Of a DNA stretch of 64,000 nt, positions 1 to 9,361 are shown one piece after another (the first letter of the stretch is position 1; each line of letters opens with the position of its first letter). The notes under the pieces were generated by a model. That model was not told the DNA's origin and did not search any database. It worked only from the letters and a program-made list of their open reading frames with translations. The position numbers and the translations under genes are program-made. Source of the stretch: Candidatus Latescibacterota bacterium (lineage in GTDB: Bacteria; Latescibacterota; UBA2968; UBA8231); assembly GCA_965200315.1 (NCBI GenBank), contig OZ241362.1:2816001-2880000 (forward strand), read 5' to 3'.

Positions 1-660
1 ATGACTCCGAGTGAATTGGAGAGATTAGACTCCGTGGAGGCTTTCCGCTCCGGCAAGCTCCACATCATTTACACCTATGCTATGGCCTTCGCTGGGTTGT
101 ATTTTTTGGTCGAGCAAGCGGAGGAGGACTCGTACCTGAGGTATTGGGAGTTACTCAATGACCGCCCGCCCAATCAGGCATTTGAGGACGCCTTCGGCAT
201 TGGCCTTGAAGACTTCTACGGGGCATTCGAGGAGTGGCTGCCCTCCCAGCTCCCCTCCCAAGTCCAGCTATCGGTGTTACTCCGCTGGCCAGGCAAGGAA
301 GCCCCAGATCCGCGGGCCTCTGTCGCTCCTGTCTTCCCCAAAACAAATCCCGTAGACGTAAATATGGGTTGGATGTGGGGGGGTATGGATATGATAAATG
401 GTAATGGTGTTCATACAATCATAGCTTCTGCTTCTGCCGAGGACTCTTTAGCAATTTATCTAGCACTCGAGAGGTGGTCGCTAGACGAATGCACGGTATA
501 TACCCTTGGTTGGTACAAGGATGGCGGATGGACGGATCAGTTTACAGAAGCGACGCTAGTTGAGTTCTCTGGCCCAACAAGCATTGAGTGGACACTCCCC
601 GCACACCCGGACGAGCTTCCGCCACTGGCCGAGCAGCCGACGATGCTTTGCGCTCCTTAG
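1..660 (+). CDS. Hypothetical protein, probably the C-terminal part of a gene starting before the window
   Basis: 219-aa ORF from position 1, followed by an intrinsic terminator; no recognised family. Confidence 0.6.
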   Translation: MTPSELERLDSVEAFRSGKLHIIYTYAMAFAGLYFLVEQAEEDSYLRYWELLNDRPPNQAFEDAFGIGLEDFYGAFEEWLPSQLPSQVQLSVLLRWPGKEAPDPRASVAPVFPKTNPVDVNMGWMWGGMDMINGNGVHTIIASASAEDSLAIYLALERWSLDECTVYTLGWYKDGGWTDQFTEATLVEFSGPTSIEWTLPAHPDELPPLAEQPTMLCAP

Positions 661-726
661 TGTCCGCGTCCGAGATCGCTTAGTTTTTCTAGGGTCATTA
701 CTGCTCTTTGCCAGTGGTGACCATCT

Positions 727-761
727 GGCCGCTCAGAGCCTCATTCTGAGCGGCCTTTTTT
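727..761 (+). terminator. Intrinsic terminator
   Basis: GGCCGCTCAGA-7 nt loop-TCTGAGCGGCC followed by TTTTTT. Confidence 0.85.
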
Positions 762-795
762 CTCCCAGCGGCGTGGTAGCGGCTAGCAACCGGAC

Positions 796-1455
796 CTATC
801 CGCTCAGTGCCGAGGGGCTGTCGCGGTGCCGCCCGTCAGGCACGTTCTCGTTTGACAATGCGGTAGCGAGACTCGTGTCCGCGTAGGCGGGGTCCTCTAG
901 TGAGTAACGTGCCCAGTGCTCGAGTTCCGCGTGGGCATGGAGGACCTCGGGATGCTGAAGGGTCTCCGCATCGAGTGAATCCAGAAATGCCAGCCCCTCT
1001 TCCACGCTTTTGGACTTAAGCGCCTGTAGGTGCGTCGCAGCGAACTCTGGATGGGGCAGCAGCTTCCAAGCGCGCAGGCTGGGCACTGCCGCCTCCGAGT
1101 GCTTCCAGTTCGCCAAAAACGCCTGCGCCTGTGTATAGAGCCCCCATGGGTTATCCGGCTCCCGTTCCAAGATCGCGTCGGCTTGCTCTTGGATCTCTTT
1201 ATGCCCGTGGATCTGCCCGTGCAACTGACGCGCGTAGAGCGCCCGTAGCTCAGCGTCCTCGGGCGCACGATCCAACCATTCCCGGGCGAGTATAGCTCCT
1301 GCTTCAAACGACCACAGCCGATTGTGCTCGCGCAGCTTCGCTTTGGCTGCTTCCAGCTCTTGGGGCGAGTAGCGCTGCTCGGTCCTGCAGCTAGCACAGA
1401 CCGCGAGAACAACCAAGAAGCCGATGATCAAATGAATTGGAAATCGATACGGCAT
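796..1455 (-). pseudogene. TPR-like lipoprotein, probably 3'-truncated
   Basis: Signal peptide with lipobox-like CASC, GGAGG RBS, helical TPR-like segments (AILEREPDNPWGLY); ends in a non-homologous-looking tail. Confidence 0.5.
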
Positions 1456-1555
1456 GAGGTCCCTCCGAGTGAGGTGTGCGAAATTACCGCGCCTCGGGCC
1501 AATCCAACCAGCCAATCGCCCGCTGGAAATACTCTAAATGGACGGCTCGTTCCAT

Positions 1556-2207
1556 CTAGTATCTCACCAATTCGCGGTCTCCGTAGTGGGCATCGAATTG
1601 GTAGAGATGCCCAAGGCGCGTGAATGGCTGAACGACGAACTGAGCATTCGGCCCGCCGGCAACTCCCCAGTAGGACAGCTCAATGTCGATCTCGCGATAA
1701 CTCTGCTGGGAGGCCAAGTCATCCCACGTGAAGAAACCGAACACTACGCGGGGATCGAAATCCTCGGCTTCCGCACGGAGCGCAATGCGATAGGTCCCAT
1801 AGCCAAAGGTCCTGTCGGAGATGACCTCGGTCGCCTGCCAGCCTTCTTCGCGCTGCGCCAGAGTGAGGTGGAGACCCTCTCCATCGGACCAAAGTACCGT
1901 CCGGCTCAATGACGGTTGCCGGTTCGGCGAACGTCGGCTTGGTCCACCAGCCACCGCCGACGTGGATATAGACGGCCACCCGGTGGGCTGCGGGCTCGAC
2001 CTCATGTACTCGCCCTTCGAGAAGGAGCTCCCTGTCTCCCCAAACCGGGATCTCCGTCACCGCAATCGCCTGCCCCTGCTGAACCCTAAGAGAAGGGTGC
2101 TCTGGAGGTGCTGACGCTGCGACGCGAGCCAAAGCCAGAACCAGAATGCCAACTCGAAAGACGGCAATACTCAACAAAAGGTTGTAAGCTGTTTTGAGCT
2201 TCTGCAA
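1556..2207 (-). pseudogene. Glycoside hydrolase family 16-like secreted protein, broken by frameshift/deletion
   Basis: N-terminal part in ORF 1719..2207 (signal peptide, GWWTKPT); GH16-like part (GYGTYR, VFGFFTW, EIDIE) in the other frame, ORF 1556..2005; truncated. Confidence 0.65.
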
Positions 2208-2270
2208 AGGACAAATCCTGAGAACGTAGGTGGACTTTTCACGTGGATCGTTTGTGGACTCAGACCCTTT

Positions 2271-3365
2271 TCACTGTGCAGAACCCGTTTGCAAAAACGC
2301 ATTTAAGGTATCTAAGTCCATGCCCTCAATGCCCAGTTCGCGCACACTCCGCCCCGTGCCCCACCCATCAACCCCCATCACCACAGACCCGATATCCACC
2401 AACCCGCGCATCAAAGGCGCGTCCACGTCGTATTGCGCACCCACATCGTGCCAAGTTGAAAGACCGTATGGAATATCCTCGCTAAGCCAACGGCTCTCGA
2501 GCGACCGAGGCGCTTTGAGTTGCGTGAGCATTAGGCTGCCATTAATCGTTGCCCACAAATCCCCCCGAGGGCCAAAACCCGCACGGTAAAACGCTTCATC
2601 GGCCGATACGAGATCGTAACCCAAAGCTGTTGCGATGGCCCTCCGCTCTGCATCCACGGCCATGATCGTCTTTGCCACCGATGGGGATACCCCTTCTTCG
2701 TAGAAATAGAACTCACCGTGCGAATATTCGATTCGTCCTGCGTTCATCAACACACCCGCAGGATGCACGACCGGATTCATCGCGGCCAAACCACAGGCCA
2801 TCGCGGTGGGATAGGTCTGAATGCCCGGGAACAGCGACGACAGACGAGCGCGCACGCGATCTGTTTCTGTCGCTGGCAACACCCCCAAACCCAAGCCCGT
2901 CACGGCTCCCCAAATCGTCGCGGTATCCGGCGCTGTTTTCCGACACACATAAGGCGCGGTATCCACCTCCGCAAGCGCGATCTCTGCTACTCCTTGGTCG
3001 CTCAATAGCGTCGCCCATTCCAACGTGCCCAATGTGCCCGGCATCAGCACGACTACATGTTCGGGTCTGAGATAGGGGGCGCAAGCAATGGCAAATGGTT
3101 TGTGGGCATACGCCGGCACGATTAGCAGGATTAAGTCAGACGCATTCAGAGCCGCTTCAATATCCGTGGTCATGCAGTGAATTTTTGCGGCTCCCGTCTC
3201 TTCGACCCCCACCAAGTGAATCACGCCTTGATCGCTCACCGGATCGAGCGTGTGCCCAAATTCTGGCAATTCGCAAAGCGTAATATCGAAACCTTTCAGG
3301 GTCAGATTTGCAGCCGTGGCAAATGCCGTATTGCCGCCGCCGAGAATGGTAATATGTTCGGACAT
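2271..3365 (-). CDS. NAD/NADP octopine/nopaline (opine) dehydrogenase family protein
   Basis: Rossmann GGGNTA; NPVVHP and RWLSEDIPYGL motifs. Confidence 0.9.
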   Translation of the reverse strand: MSEHITILGGGNTAFATAANLTLKGFDITLCELPEFGHTLDPVSDQGVIHLVGVEETGAAKIHCMTTDIEAALNASDLILLIVPAYAHKPFAIACAPYLRPEHVVVLMPGTLGTLEWATLLSDQGVAEIALAEVDTAPYVCRKTAPDTATIWGAVTGLGLGVLPATETDRVRARLSSLFPGIQTYPTAMACGLAAMNPVVHPAGVLMNAGRIEYSHGEFYFYEEGVSPSVAKTIMAVDAERRAIATALGYDLVSADEAFYRAGFGPRGDLWATINGSLMLTQLKAPRSLESRWLSEDIPYGLSTWHDVGAQYDVDAPLMRGLVDIGSVVMGVDGWGTGRSVRELGIEGMDLDTLNAFLQTGSAQ

Positions 3366-3477
3366 GGAAGTATCCTTTTTTTGTCTTATACGACGTCTTC
3401 TGGCGACCGTCAGCGGGTTCCTGAGTCCATCGCCCTACTCATTAATTTAGCACGGCTTTTCGCCTGTGGTCGGATGC

Positions 3478-4920
3478 TCAGTAGAGGTCGTCTTTTGTCG
3501 TAATGGAGCACCAGCGCGAGTTGAAAAGTGAGCGAAGCAAAATATCCCGTGCGTCGGGCGTGTCAATTTGTTTTAACCCATAAGCGGCGTAAAATCGGTT
3601 GTAGCGGTTTTCGTCCTCGAGCATCTCGAGCAATGCCTCAAGCGCAATACAACCCGTTGCGCCGGACTTGGCCAAGGTTAGCGCGGCGTTGCGGCGCACT
3701 CGGTAGTCCCCATCGCCGAGTGCGTCTGTCAGGTCGGCAATCAGCTCATCAGAAAAAACGCCGATGGCACCCAAAGCCTCAATCGCATTGCGGCGCACCC
3801 ACCAGTGGCGATCGCTCATCGCCTTTCTCAGGGCGGGTTTGGCCTCCACTGCGCTCGCGCCCAAGCGTCCCAACACATGGGCGGCGACCGCTCGCACCCA
3901 CCAGTGCTCGTCGGACAACATCCCCACCAAAGCCCCTGCGGCCGGTTCGCCTATCAACGCCAATGCCAGTGCCGCACAACCACTCGTGGGATTGGTCCCG
4001 TGGGCATTGTCCGGCGTTTTGGCCTCGGTCTCTTCGATCGTGGCCAGTGCTTCCTCCCGCATGGCGGCGACGAGTTCGGGCACGGCCGGCGCACCAAACT
4101 CGGCTAGCCCATACGCCGCATCCAAGCGCTCGCACTCCGATCCGCGCTTTAAGACCGAGAGTAAATTCTTCAGATCGCCTTTTTGGGTCTGCTGCTTTTT
4201 TTCGGGCTTGCCGCACAACCAGTGCCAGACATCTCGCGATAGAGCCGGATGCCGATCCTCGATGCCGGGCGACCACGCACGACTTTGATGATCCCAAGTC
4301 GGTTTCTCTGGCTCCCGAGTACGAGCAAACTGAAACCTCAGCATATACCGATTTTTGGTACTGACATTCTCTGTTGCGCGATGCCAAGAATCAAAGTGAA
4401 TAAGCGCCACCGTCCCCGCAGGACCACAAAATGCCCGCGCTTCTTCCTGCGTTTGCTCAGGATCAGCAGCACTAATGGTTTTGTACATCTGCATCCCGGG
4501 CAACACCCCCGACGGCCCCATATCCTCTGTAGTATCTTGCGGAAAGTAAAAAGCGAGCACCCAATAAAATCTCGGATGTCGCAAATTGTGATCGTACACA
4601 TAACAATCCTTGTGCCATTGCTGTCCTCGTCGCCCGGGCGGATTCAAGTGGCAATGTCGATGGGGGTTCAAAATGTAATCTGGCCCCAATAAACTGGTCA
4701 GGGCACCCTGCACATTGGGGTGCTCAAACACGCGCCCGATTTGCGGAACCCGAGGCAAAATGTTATTTCCGGGATTGCCTTCTTTTGCAAAAACCACCTC
4801 AATCTGATCGCGAATACTGGCGTGAAATGAGGGGGGATAATCCGCCTGCACAGTAAGACATCCATCCACGATAAATCGCTGCACTTCTTCGTCGCTCAAC
4901 AACTGAATTGAATCCGCCAT
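3478..4920 (-). CDS. PhyH-family dioxygenase fused to HEAT repeats
   Basis: WHKD...DSWHRA triad; C-terminal repeats such as HWWVRRNAIEALG. Confidence 0.88.
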   Translation of the reverse strand: MADSIQLLSDEEVQRFIVDGCLTVQADYPPSFHASIRDQIEVVFAKEGNPGNNILPRVPQIGRVFEHPNVQGALTSLLGPDYILNPHRHCHLNPPGRRGQQWHKDCYVYDHNLRHPRFYWVLAFYFPQDTTEDMGPSGVLPGMQMYKTISAADPEQTQEEARAFCGPAGTVALIHFDSWHRATENVSTKNRYMLRFQFARTREPEKPTWDHQSRAWSPGIEDRHPALSRDVWHWLCGKPEKKQQTQKGDLKNLLSVLKRGSECERLDAAYGLAEFGAPAVPELVAAMREEALATIEETEAKTPDNAHGTNPTSGCAALALALIGEPAAGALVGMLSDEHWWVRAVAAHVLGRLGASAVEAKPALRKAMSDRHWWVRRNAIEALGAIGVFSDELIADLTDALGDGDYRVRRNAALTLAKSGATGCIALEALLEMLEDENRYNRFYAAYGLKQIDTPDARDILLRSLFNSRWCSITTKDDLY

Positions 4921-4953
4921 AGGAAACTCCTCCGCTAAAAATTTCTACGATCG

Positions 4954-5730
4954 TCAATCGACCAAACCCCAGAGACGCTGCCGCGCCTCGGGCCAATCCG
5001 ACCAGCCGGGGTGCAGATGCTTCAGCACCGCCAAGTCGCGCTTGCGGCCGCCGGGCGGGAAGTAGTTCCAGCCCATGGCGCGACGCGGACCGGCAGCCGT
5101 TTTCACTCCGGTGGCATGCCAGCACGAGGGCGTCCACACCAAAGTCCACCGTGGGTCGAGGACGACCTCAACTTCGTTAGGATGGCGAGCGAAGCAGTGC
5201 GTCGGCACCCCGTCGTGGGTGCCGGTGGCCAGTTCAAGTTGTAGTAGTTCGGCCTCCACTTCTTCGCGGGGACGGTGCTGGCTGCCGGGTAGCACCCTCA
5301 GTGGTGCATTGCTGGCGTCGTGCCGATCAAGAGCAGTGCGGAAGGAGACCTGCTTCACTTCCGGCCCGCCGTCCACGTGCCAGTGGACCTGCCGCTGCGG
5401 TCGGCCATCGGCGCTGACAATTTTCGCGGCATCGCCGATGCCGCAGGCACCCACGTGTACCTCTTCGGCGTCTAGGAGCCGCTGCGCCGCCGCGACCAAC
5501 TCGGGCTGCTCCACCATCTGCAGCAGCGGCTCGCCGATCATCAGGAACTGGCAGGCCAGCCGATTGCAGCCCCCGGGGAACTCGGTGCGCTCCCACTCCG
5601 GCTCCGTCTCCTGCTGCCGAAAGTCGATCTGGCGCATGCCCGCGGCACCGAGGGGGTTGGGGATCAGGAAGAACCCGTTGCGCTCGAAGTGGGCGAGCTG
5701 TTCGTCGGTAATGTCGAGGGATTCGTCCAT
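4954..5730 (-). CDS. PhyH-family Fe(II)/2OG dioxygenase
   Basis: FERNGFF, HWHVD, LRVLPGSQH, CWHA. Confidence 0.85.
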   Translation of the reverse strand: MDESLDITDEQLAHFERNGFFLIPNPLGAAGMRQIDFRQQETEPEWERTEFPGGCNRLACQFLMIGEPLLQMVEQPELVAAAQRLLDAEEVHVGACGIGDAAKIVSADGRPQRQVHWHVDGGPEVKQVSFRTALDRHDASNAPLRVLPGSQHRPREEVEAELLQLELATGTHDGVPTHCFARHPNEVEVVLDPRWTLVWTPSCWHATGVKTAAGPRRAMGWNYFPPGGRKRDLAVLKHLHPGWSDWPEARQRLWGLVD

Positions 5731-5736
5731 CAGGCA

Positions 5737-5793
5737 TTACAGGTCTAAATAATCGATCAAATCGAAGAAGCAGCGCTGTTCGGGGGTCGTCAT
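5737..5793 (-). pseudogene. 5' remnant of another PhyH-like gene
   Basis: Reads MTTPEQRCFFDLIDYLDL*, resembling the N-termini LTDEQKYLFDVRGW (33453..34370) and MSADEKYLFDLIGF (40855..41736). Confidence 0.5.
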
Positions 5794-5883
5794 CGGCGGG
5801 CCTTTGCTCAGCGTATGGTGGACGTTAGATTGTGCCGGCGCAAGGTAGTGAATCCGCTCTTGCCTTTCAAGGAGGAAAACGCC

Positions 5884-6537
5884 ATGGGATTTGAAGTGTA
5901 CGATTGTCGCCGGGATATCCGCAATATTCTGGTGCGGCCGCAAATTCGCGCCCGCTTCTGCCGCTTAGAGCCAAACACAGGCTCGCTCGACGCTTGGCAC
6001 ACTCACGACTTGGGCGACGAAATCTTTATCATTTTGTCGGGTCGAGTGGAGTTCAAAATCAACGGCGAGGTGAAAGAAGTTGGGCCGGGGCAAATGTGCT
6101 ACGCCCTAACCGACGAGCCGCACTCAGTGCGAGTCATCGGCGACGAGCCAGTCTACATGTACCTCTCGGTGACGCCGCACATCCAGCCGACGCATACGTT
6201 TTACGACGACAAGGGCGAGCGCCGGCGGCCCCACTTCAGGCCGTCGAGCGACTACGATACCACGACGGATTCGACCACGCCGGTCGCCGAGTTGATCGAC
6301 GGTCACATCGATGCAGTGCATACCCTAGCGGCCCAAGCACAGGAGAGCGTGCGCATCCAAGAAGAGCGGGGCCGCGAACTCAAGCAGGCCCTAGCGGCTG
6401 GCGATATGGAAGCGGCCAGCCGCGTGCGCGAGGCCATGTGGGCACCGCTTTTGCAGCTCTTCAAGCAGACGAGCGCCGTGGCGGACGGCTGGAATGGCCT
6501 AGCTCCCCGGGCCGGGTCTGTCGATGCAGTATATTGA
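5884..6537 (+). CDS. Cupin domain protein with helical C-terminal extension
   Basis: WHTHDLGDEIFIILSG...GPGQMCY...PHSV; AAGGAGGA RBS before ATG 5884. Confidence 0.85.
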   Translation: MGFEVYDCRRDIRNILVRPQIRARFCRLEPNTGSLDAWHTHDLGDEIFIILSGRVEFKINGEVKEVGPGQMCYALTDEPHSVRVIGDEPVYMYLSVTPHIQPTHTFYDDKGERRRPHFRPSSDYDTTTDSTTPVAELIDGHIDAVHTLAAQAQESVRIQEERGRELKQALAAGDMEAASRVREAMWAPLLQLFKQTSAVADGWNGLAPRAGSVDAVY

Positions 6538-6556
6538 GCCGTCTCAACACCACCGC

Positions 6557-7291
6557 ATGAGCAAACGCACCAATAACCTTGGACAGCCGATTAGCTTCGC
6601 TCTGCCCGATTGGACGCCACCACCCCACCCGCCGAGAGAATGTATGGAAGGTCGCCTCTGTCGGTTGGAACCACTGCAAGTCGATAGCCATCTTGACGAT
6701 CTGTATCAGGACAATGCCTCTGATGCGGAAGGCAAGAGTTGGACCTACTTGGCATACGGCCCATTTCCCGACAAAGACAGCTACCGAGATTGGATGACCG
6801 AAACATGCCTAGGTGACGATCCGCTGTTCTTTGCCATTGTGGACAAGAGCGCTGGGACAGCATCTGGCGTCGCGAGCTATCTCAACATCGCACCTGCAAG
6901 CGGCGCTATTGAAGTGGGTCACATCCACTATTCCCCGCAGCTACAGCGAACGCCATTGGCCACCGAAGCCATGTACCTCATGATGAAGAAGGCGTTTGAA
7001 TTAGGCTACCGACGCTATTGTTGGAAGTGCGACAGCCTGAACAAAGCATCTCGGGTAGCCGCCCAACGTCTGGGACTTTCGTTTGAGGGGATTTTTCGCC
7101 AAGCAAGTGTCTATAACGGGCGCAATCGGGATACCGCGTGGTACGCAGCCATTGATTCTGAGTGGCCGGAGCTAGAGCGAGCCTTCCTGACTTGGTTAGC
7201 TCCAGACAATTTTGACGACCAGGGCAGGCAGCGATTGCGCCTCTCAGATCTCACCCAACCTATACTCAAAAACCAAGGAAATACGCAATGA
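6557..7291 (+). CDS. GNAT family (RimJ/RimL-like) acetyltransferase
   Basis: IEVGHIHYSPQLQRT, GYRRYCWKCDSLN, GRNRDTAWY motifs. Confidence 0.9.
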   Translation: MSKRTNNLGQPISFALPDWTPPPHPPRECMEGRLCRLEPLQVDSHLDDLYQDNASDAEGKSWTYLAYGPFPDKDSYRDWMTETCLGDDPLFFAIVDKSAGTASGVASYLNIAPASGAIEVGHIHYSPQLQRTPLATEAMYLMMKKAFELGYRRYCWKCDSLNKASRVAAQRLGLSFEGIFRQASVYNGRNRDTAWYAAIDSEWPELERAFLTWLAPDNFDDQGRQRLRLSDLTQPILKNQGNTQ

Positions 7292-8076
7292 GCCAGATCA
7301 TCCCCGAGCAATATACCTGCTACCGAGCCAAAAAAGCGCTCACCATCGACGGCCACCTCACTGAAGCGTCTTGGAAGCGCGCCCCGCGCACTCCCTTGTT
7401 CGTCGACATCGAAGGGGACAAAAAGCCCCTGCCTCGCTTTGCCACTCGGGTCGCCATGCTGTGGGACGACGACTATTTCTACTTTGGTGCCGATATGGAA
7501 GAGCCGCACGTATGGGGCACATTGACCAAGCGCGACTCGGTCATTTGCAATGACAACGATTTCGAGATCTTCATCGACCCAGACGACGATGGAGAGCACT
7601 ATATGGAATTTGAGATCAACCCGCTCAATGTGGCTTGGGATCTCTATCTGCCCAAGCAATACAACCGAGGCGGCGAGGCCGACTGGGGCTTCGATTTTGA
7701 AGGCATCAAGCACGCCGTGCAGATCGACGGCACCCTCAATTGCTCGGACGATGTGGATCGGGGTTGGTCGGTGGAGGTGGCCATCCCTTGGAGCAGCATG
7801 GAAAAGTACGCCGGCACTGCCTGCCCTCCCAACCCCGGCGATCGCTGGCGGGTCAACTTTTCCCGCGTCGAATGGGAGTTCGACCGCTACAAGGGCGGTT
7901 ATTTGAAGAAAGAGGGTGTGCCCTGCGACAATTGGGTGTGGTCACCGATGGGAGTAATCAATATGCACGAGCCTCAGATGTGGGGATACGTGCAGTTTTC
8001 TGCCATCACTGTGGGCGAAGGGGAAGACGCTTTTTCAGCGACTCCGGCGGCACGTCCAGCACCGGAAGCACCGTAA
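7288..8076 (+). CDS. Carbohydrate-binding family 9-like (DOMON-like) protein
   Basis: IDGHLTEASW, MLWDDDYFY, DNDFEIFIDP, WSVEVAIPW, WRVNFSRVEW. Confidence 0.85.
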   Translation: MSQIIPEQYTCYRAKKALTIDGHLTEASWKRAPRTPLFVDIEGDKKPLPRFATRVAMLWDDDYFYFGADMEEPHVWGTLTKRDSVICNDNDFEIFIDPDDDGEHYMEFEINPLNVAWDLYLPKQYNRGGEADWGFDFEGIKHAVQIDGTLNCSDDVDRGWSVEVAIPWSSMEKYAGTACPPNPGDRWRVNFSRVEWEFDRYKGGYLKKEGVPCDNWVWSPMGVINMHEPQMWGYVQFSAITVGEGEDAFSATPAARPAPEAP

Positions 8077-8147
8077 CATCGCGGCCTTTGCCTGTCGGAT
8101 GGGGAAGTGTCCTTTATACTCCAGACGCAGCCACTCGGCGCAGTGGG

Positions 8148-8570
8148 TCAGTCGTGAGTTATGATCTTCCACTTCTTCTTCTGCATCGGAATCACATACC
8201 CAGATCCTTCAGGTGCTTCCCTGTGTTCCCGAGCCTCGCGCGTGATCTCCGGCCACCAATGTAGGAAGTGCATAACTTGGGTCCAGATTTTCTTTTCTGG
8301 ATATTGGCTAGCAAAAAAAAAGGCCGTCAAGCCCGACTCACGCCAAGCAGCCCTTTCGGCCCGATTCCGAGAAATCCGAATATCGCCCGAGATCACGATC
8401 CACTCCCCCTCACGGCCTAATGCTTCAAGCCAAGTGACATCCTCTGTCTGCTGATTAAAACGGACTCTAAGGTGCTCTACTGTCCAGTCTCCTCGTTCTA
8501 CACGGTCATCTAGGGCAATCAACGCCTCAGCTAGACGATGAGAGATGTTGTTGTCGAGGAAAAACCTCAC
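8148..8570 (-). CDS. PIN-domain toxin (VapC45-like)
   Basis: FFLDNNIS, EDVTWLEALGREGEWIVISGD; overlaps the upstream antitoxin by 4 nt. Confidence 0.85.
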   Translation of the reverse strand: MRFFLDNNISHRLAEALIALDDRVERGDWTVEHLRVRFNQQTEDVTWLEALGREGEWIVISGDIRISRNRAERAAWRESGLTAFFFASQYPEKKIWTQVMHFLHWWPEITREAREHREAPEGSGYVIPMQKKKWKIITHD

Positions 8571-9244
8571 GCTGCTAATTGTGCCTCGTATGTGACAGCA
8601 TCGCTTACTTCCTTAAGAGTGGCATCGTACCACCAAGCGACCCGGTCCATGTCTTGCTCGGCTCGATAGGTGCGACTCAGGAGACGAGTGCGGACACCGC
8701 TGGGATTGCATATCGGTGCTCCGAAACTACGAGTAGGTTCGATGATGACTGTGCTCTCCCGGCCCATAGGATGCCAACACACCGGGGCACCTGTTTCCGA
8801 AAAATCTAGCTCGTCGTCAGGCAGAACAGTCCTGACGAAGTCCTTAAAGTACTGTTCGTCGGTGACGATGTCGTGCAGTGCAGTCTCTTCCACTTGCTGG
8901 AGGATACGGCGGCCATCTGTGCGAAAGCTGCGCTGCGAAAATGGATGCGAATGGCCCGTGAGCTGAGCTGCTTTGTGCGAGGCAATGCGCAAGGTCGACC
9001 ACGGTACCCCCTTCTCGCGAAAACTCCTCAAGGCTCGGACTTCGATAAGATCGACAAAGCGCAAGATAGGGGTTTCCCCGGCCTCCGTTGAAGCAAACAC
9101 AGGCGGCAGCTTGTGACGAGATTCATTCCAGGTGTAGCTATAACCCCGCGTCCAACGCCGAATGGTGCTGACGGGAACACCCGTCAGCCGGGCCGCTTCC
9201 GCGACGCTATAGACGCCATGTCCAATATATAAGTAATCTGCCAT
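8567..9244 (-). CDS. Antitoxin with HTH and DUF433 domains (VapB45-like)
   Basis: YSVAEAARLTGVPVSTIRRW HTH; IIEPTRSFGAP...EVSDAVTYE. Confidence 0.85.
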   Translation of the reverse strand: MADYLYIGHGVYSVAEAARLTGVPVSTIRRWTRGYSYTWNESRHKLPPVFASTEAGETPILRFVDLIEVRALRSFREKGVPWSTLRIASHKAAQLTGHSHPFSQRSFRTDGRRILQQVEETALHDIVTDEQYFKDFVRTVLPDDELDFSETGAPVCWHPMGRESTVIIEPTRSFGAPICNPSGVRTRLLSRTYRAEQDMDRVAWWYDATLKEVSDAVTYEAQLAA

Positions 9245-9361
9245 TTTGTGCTCCTTTATAGAGCGATCTTTGTCGCCTTGAATCTACCTAACCGATTTCC
9301 GCAGGTCTTTTACCTTAAGATACATAGAGCTACCGCGTCAATGCCACGCTGGCTTGTACCT

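Noticed and set aside
3386-3430. Possible degraded copy of the PhyH-HEAT 3' end
   Set aside because: Similarity is too short and gapped, and no cargo lies between the copies.
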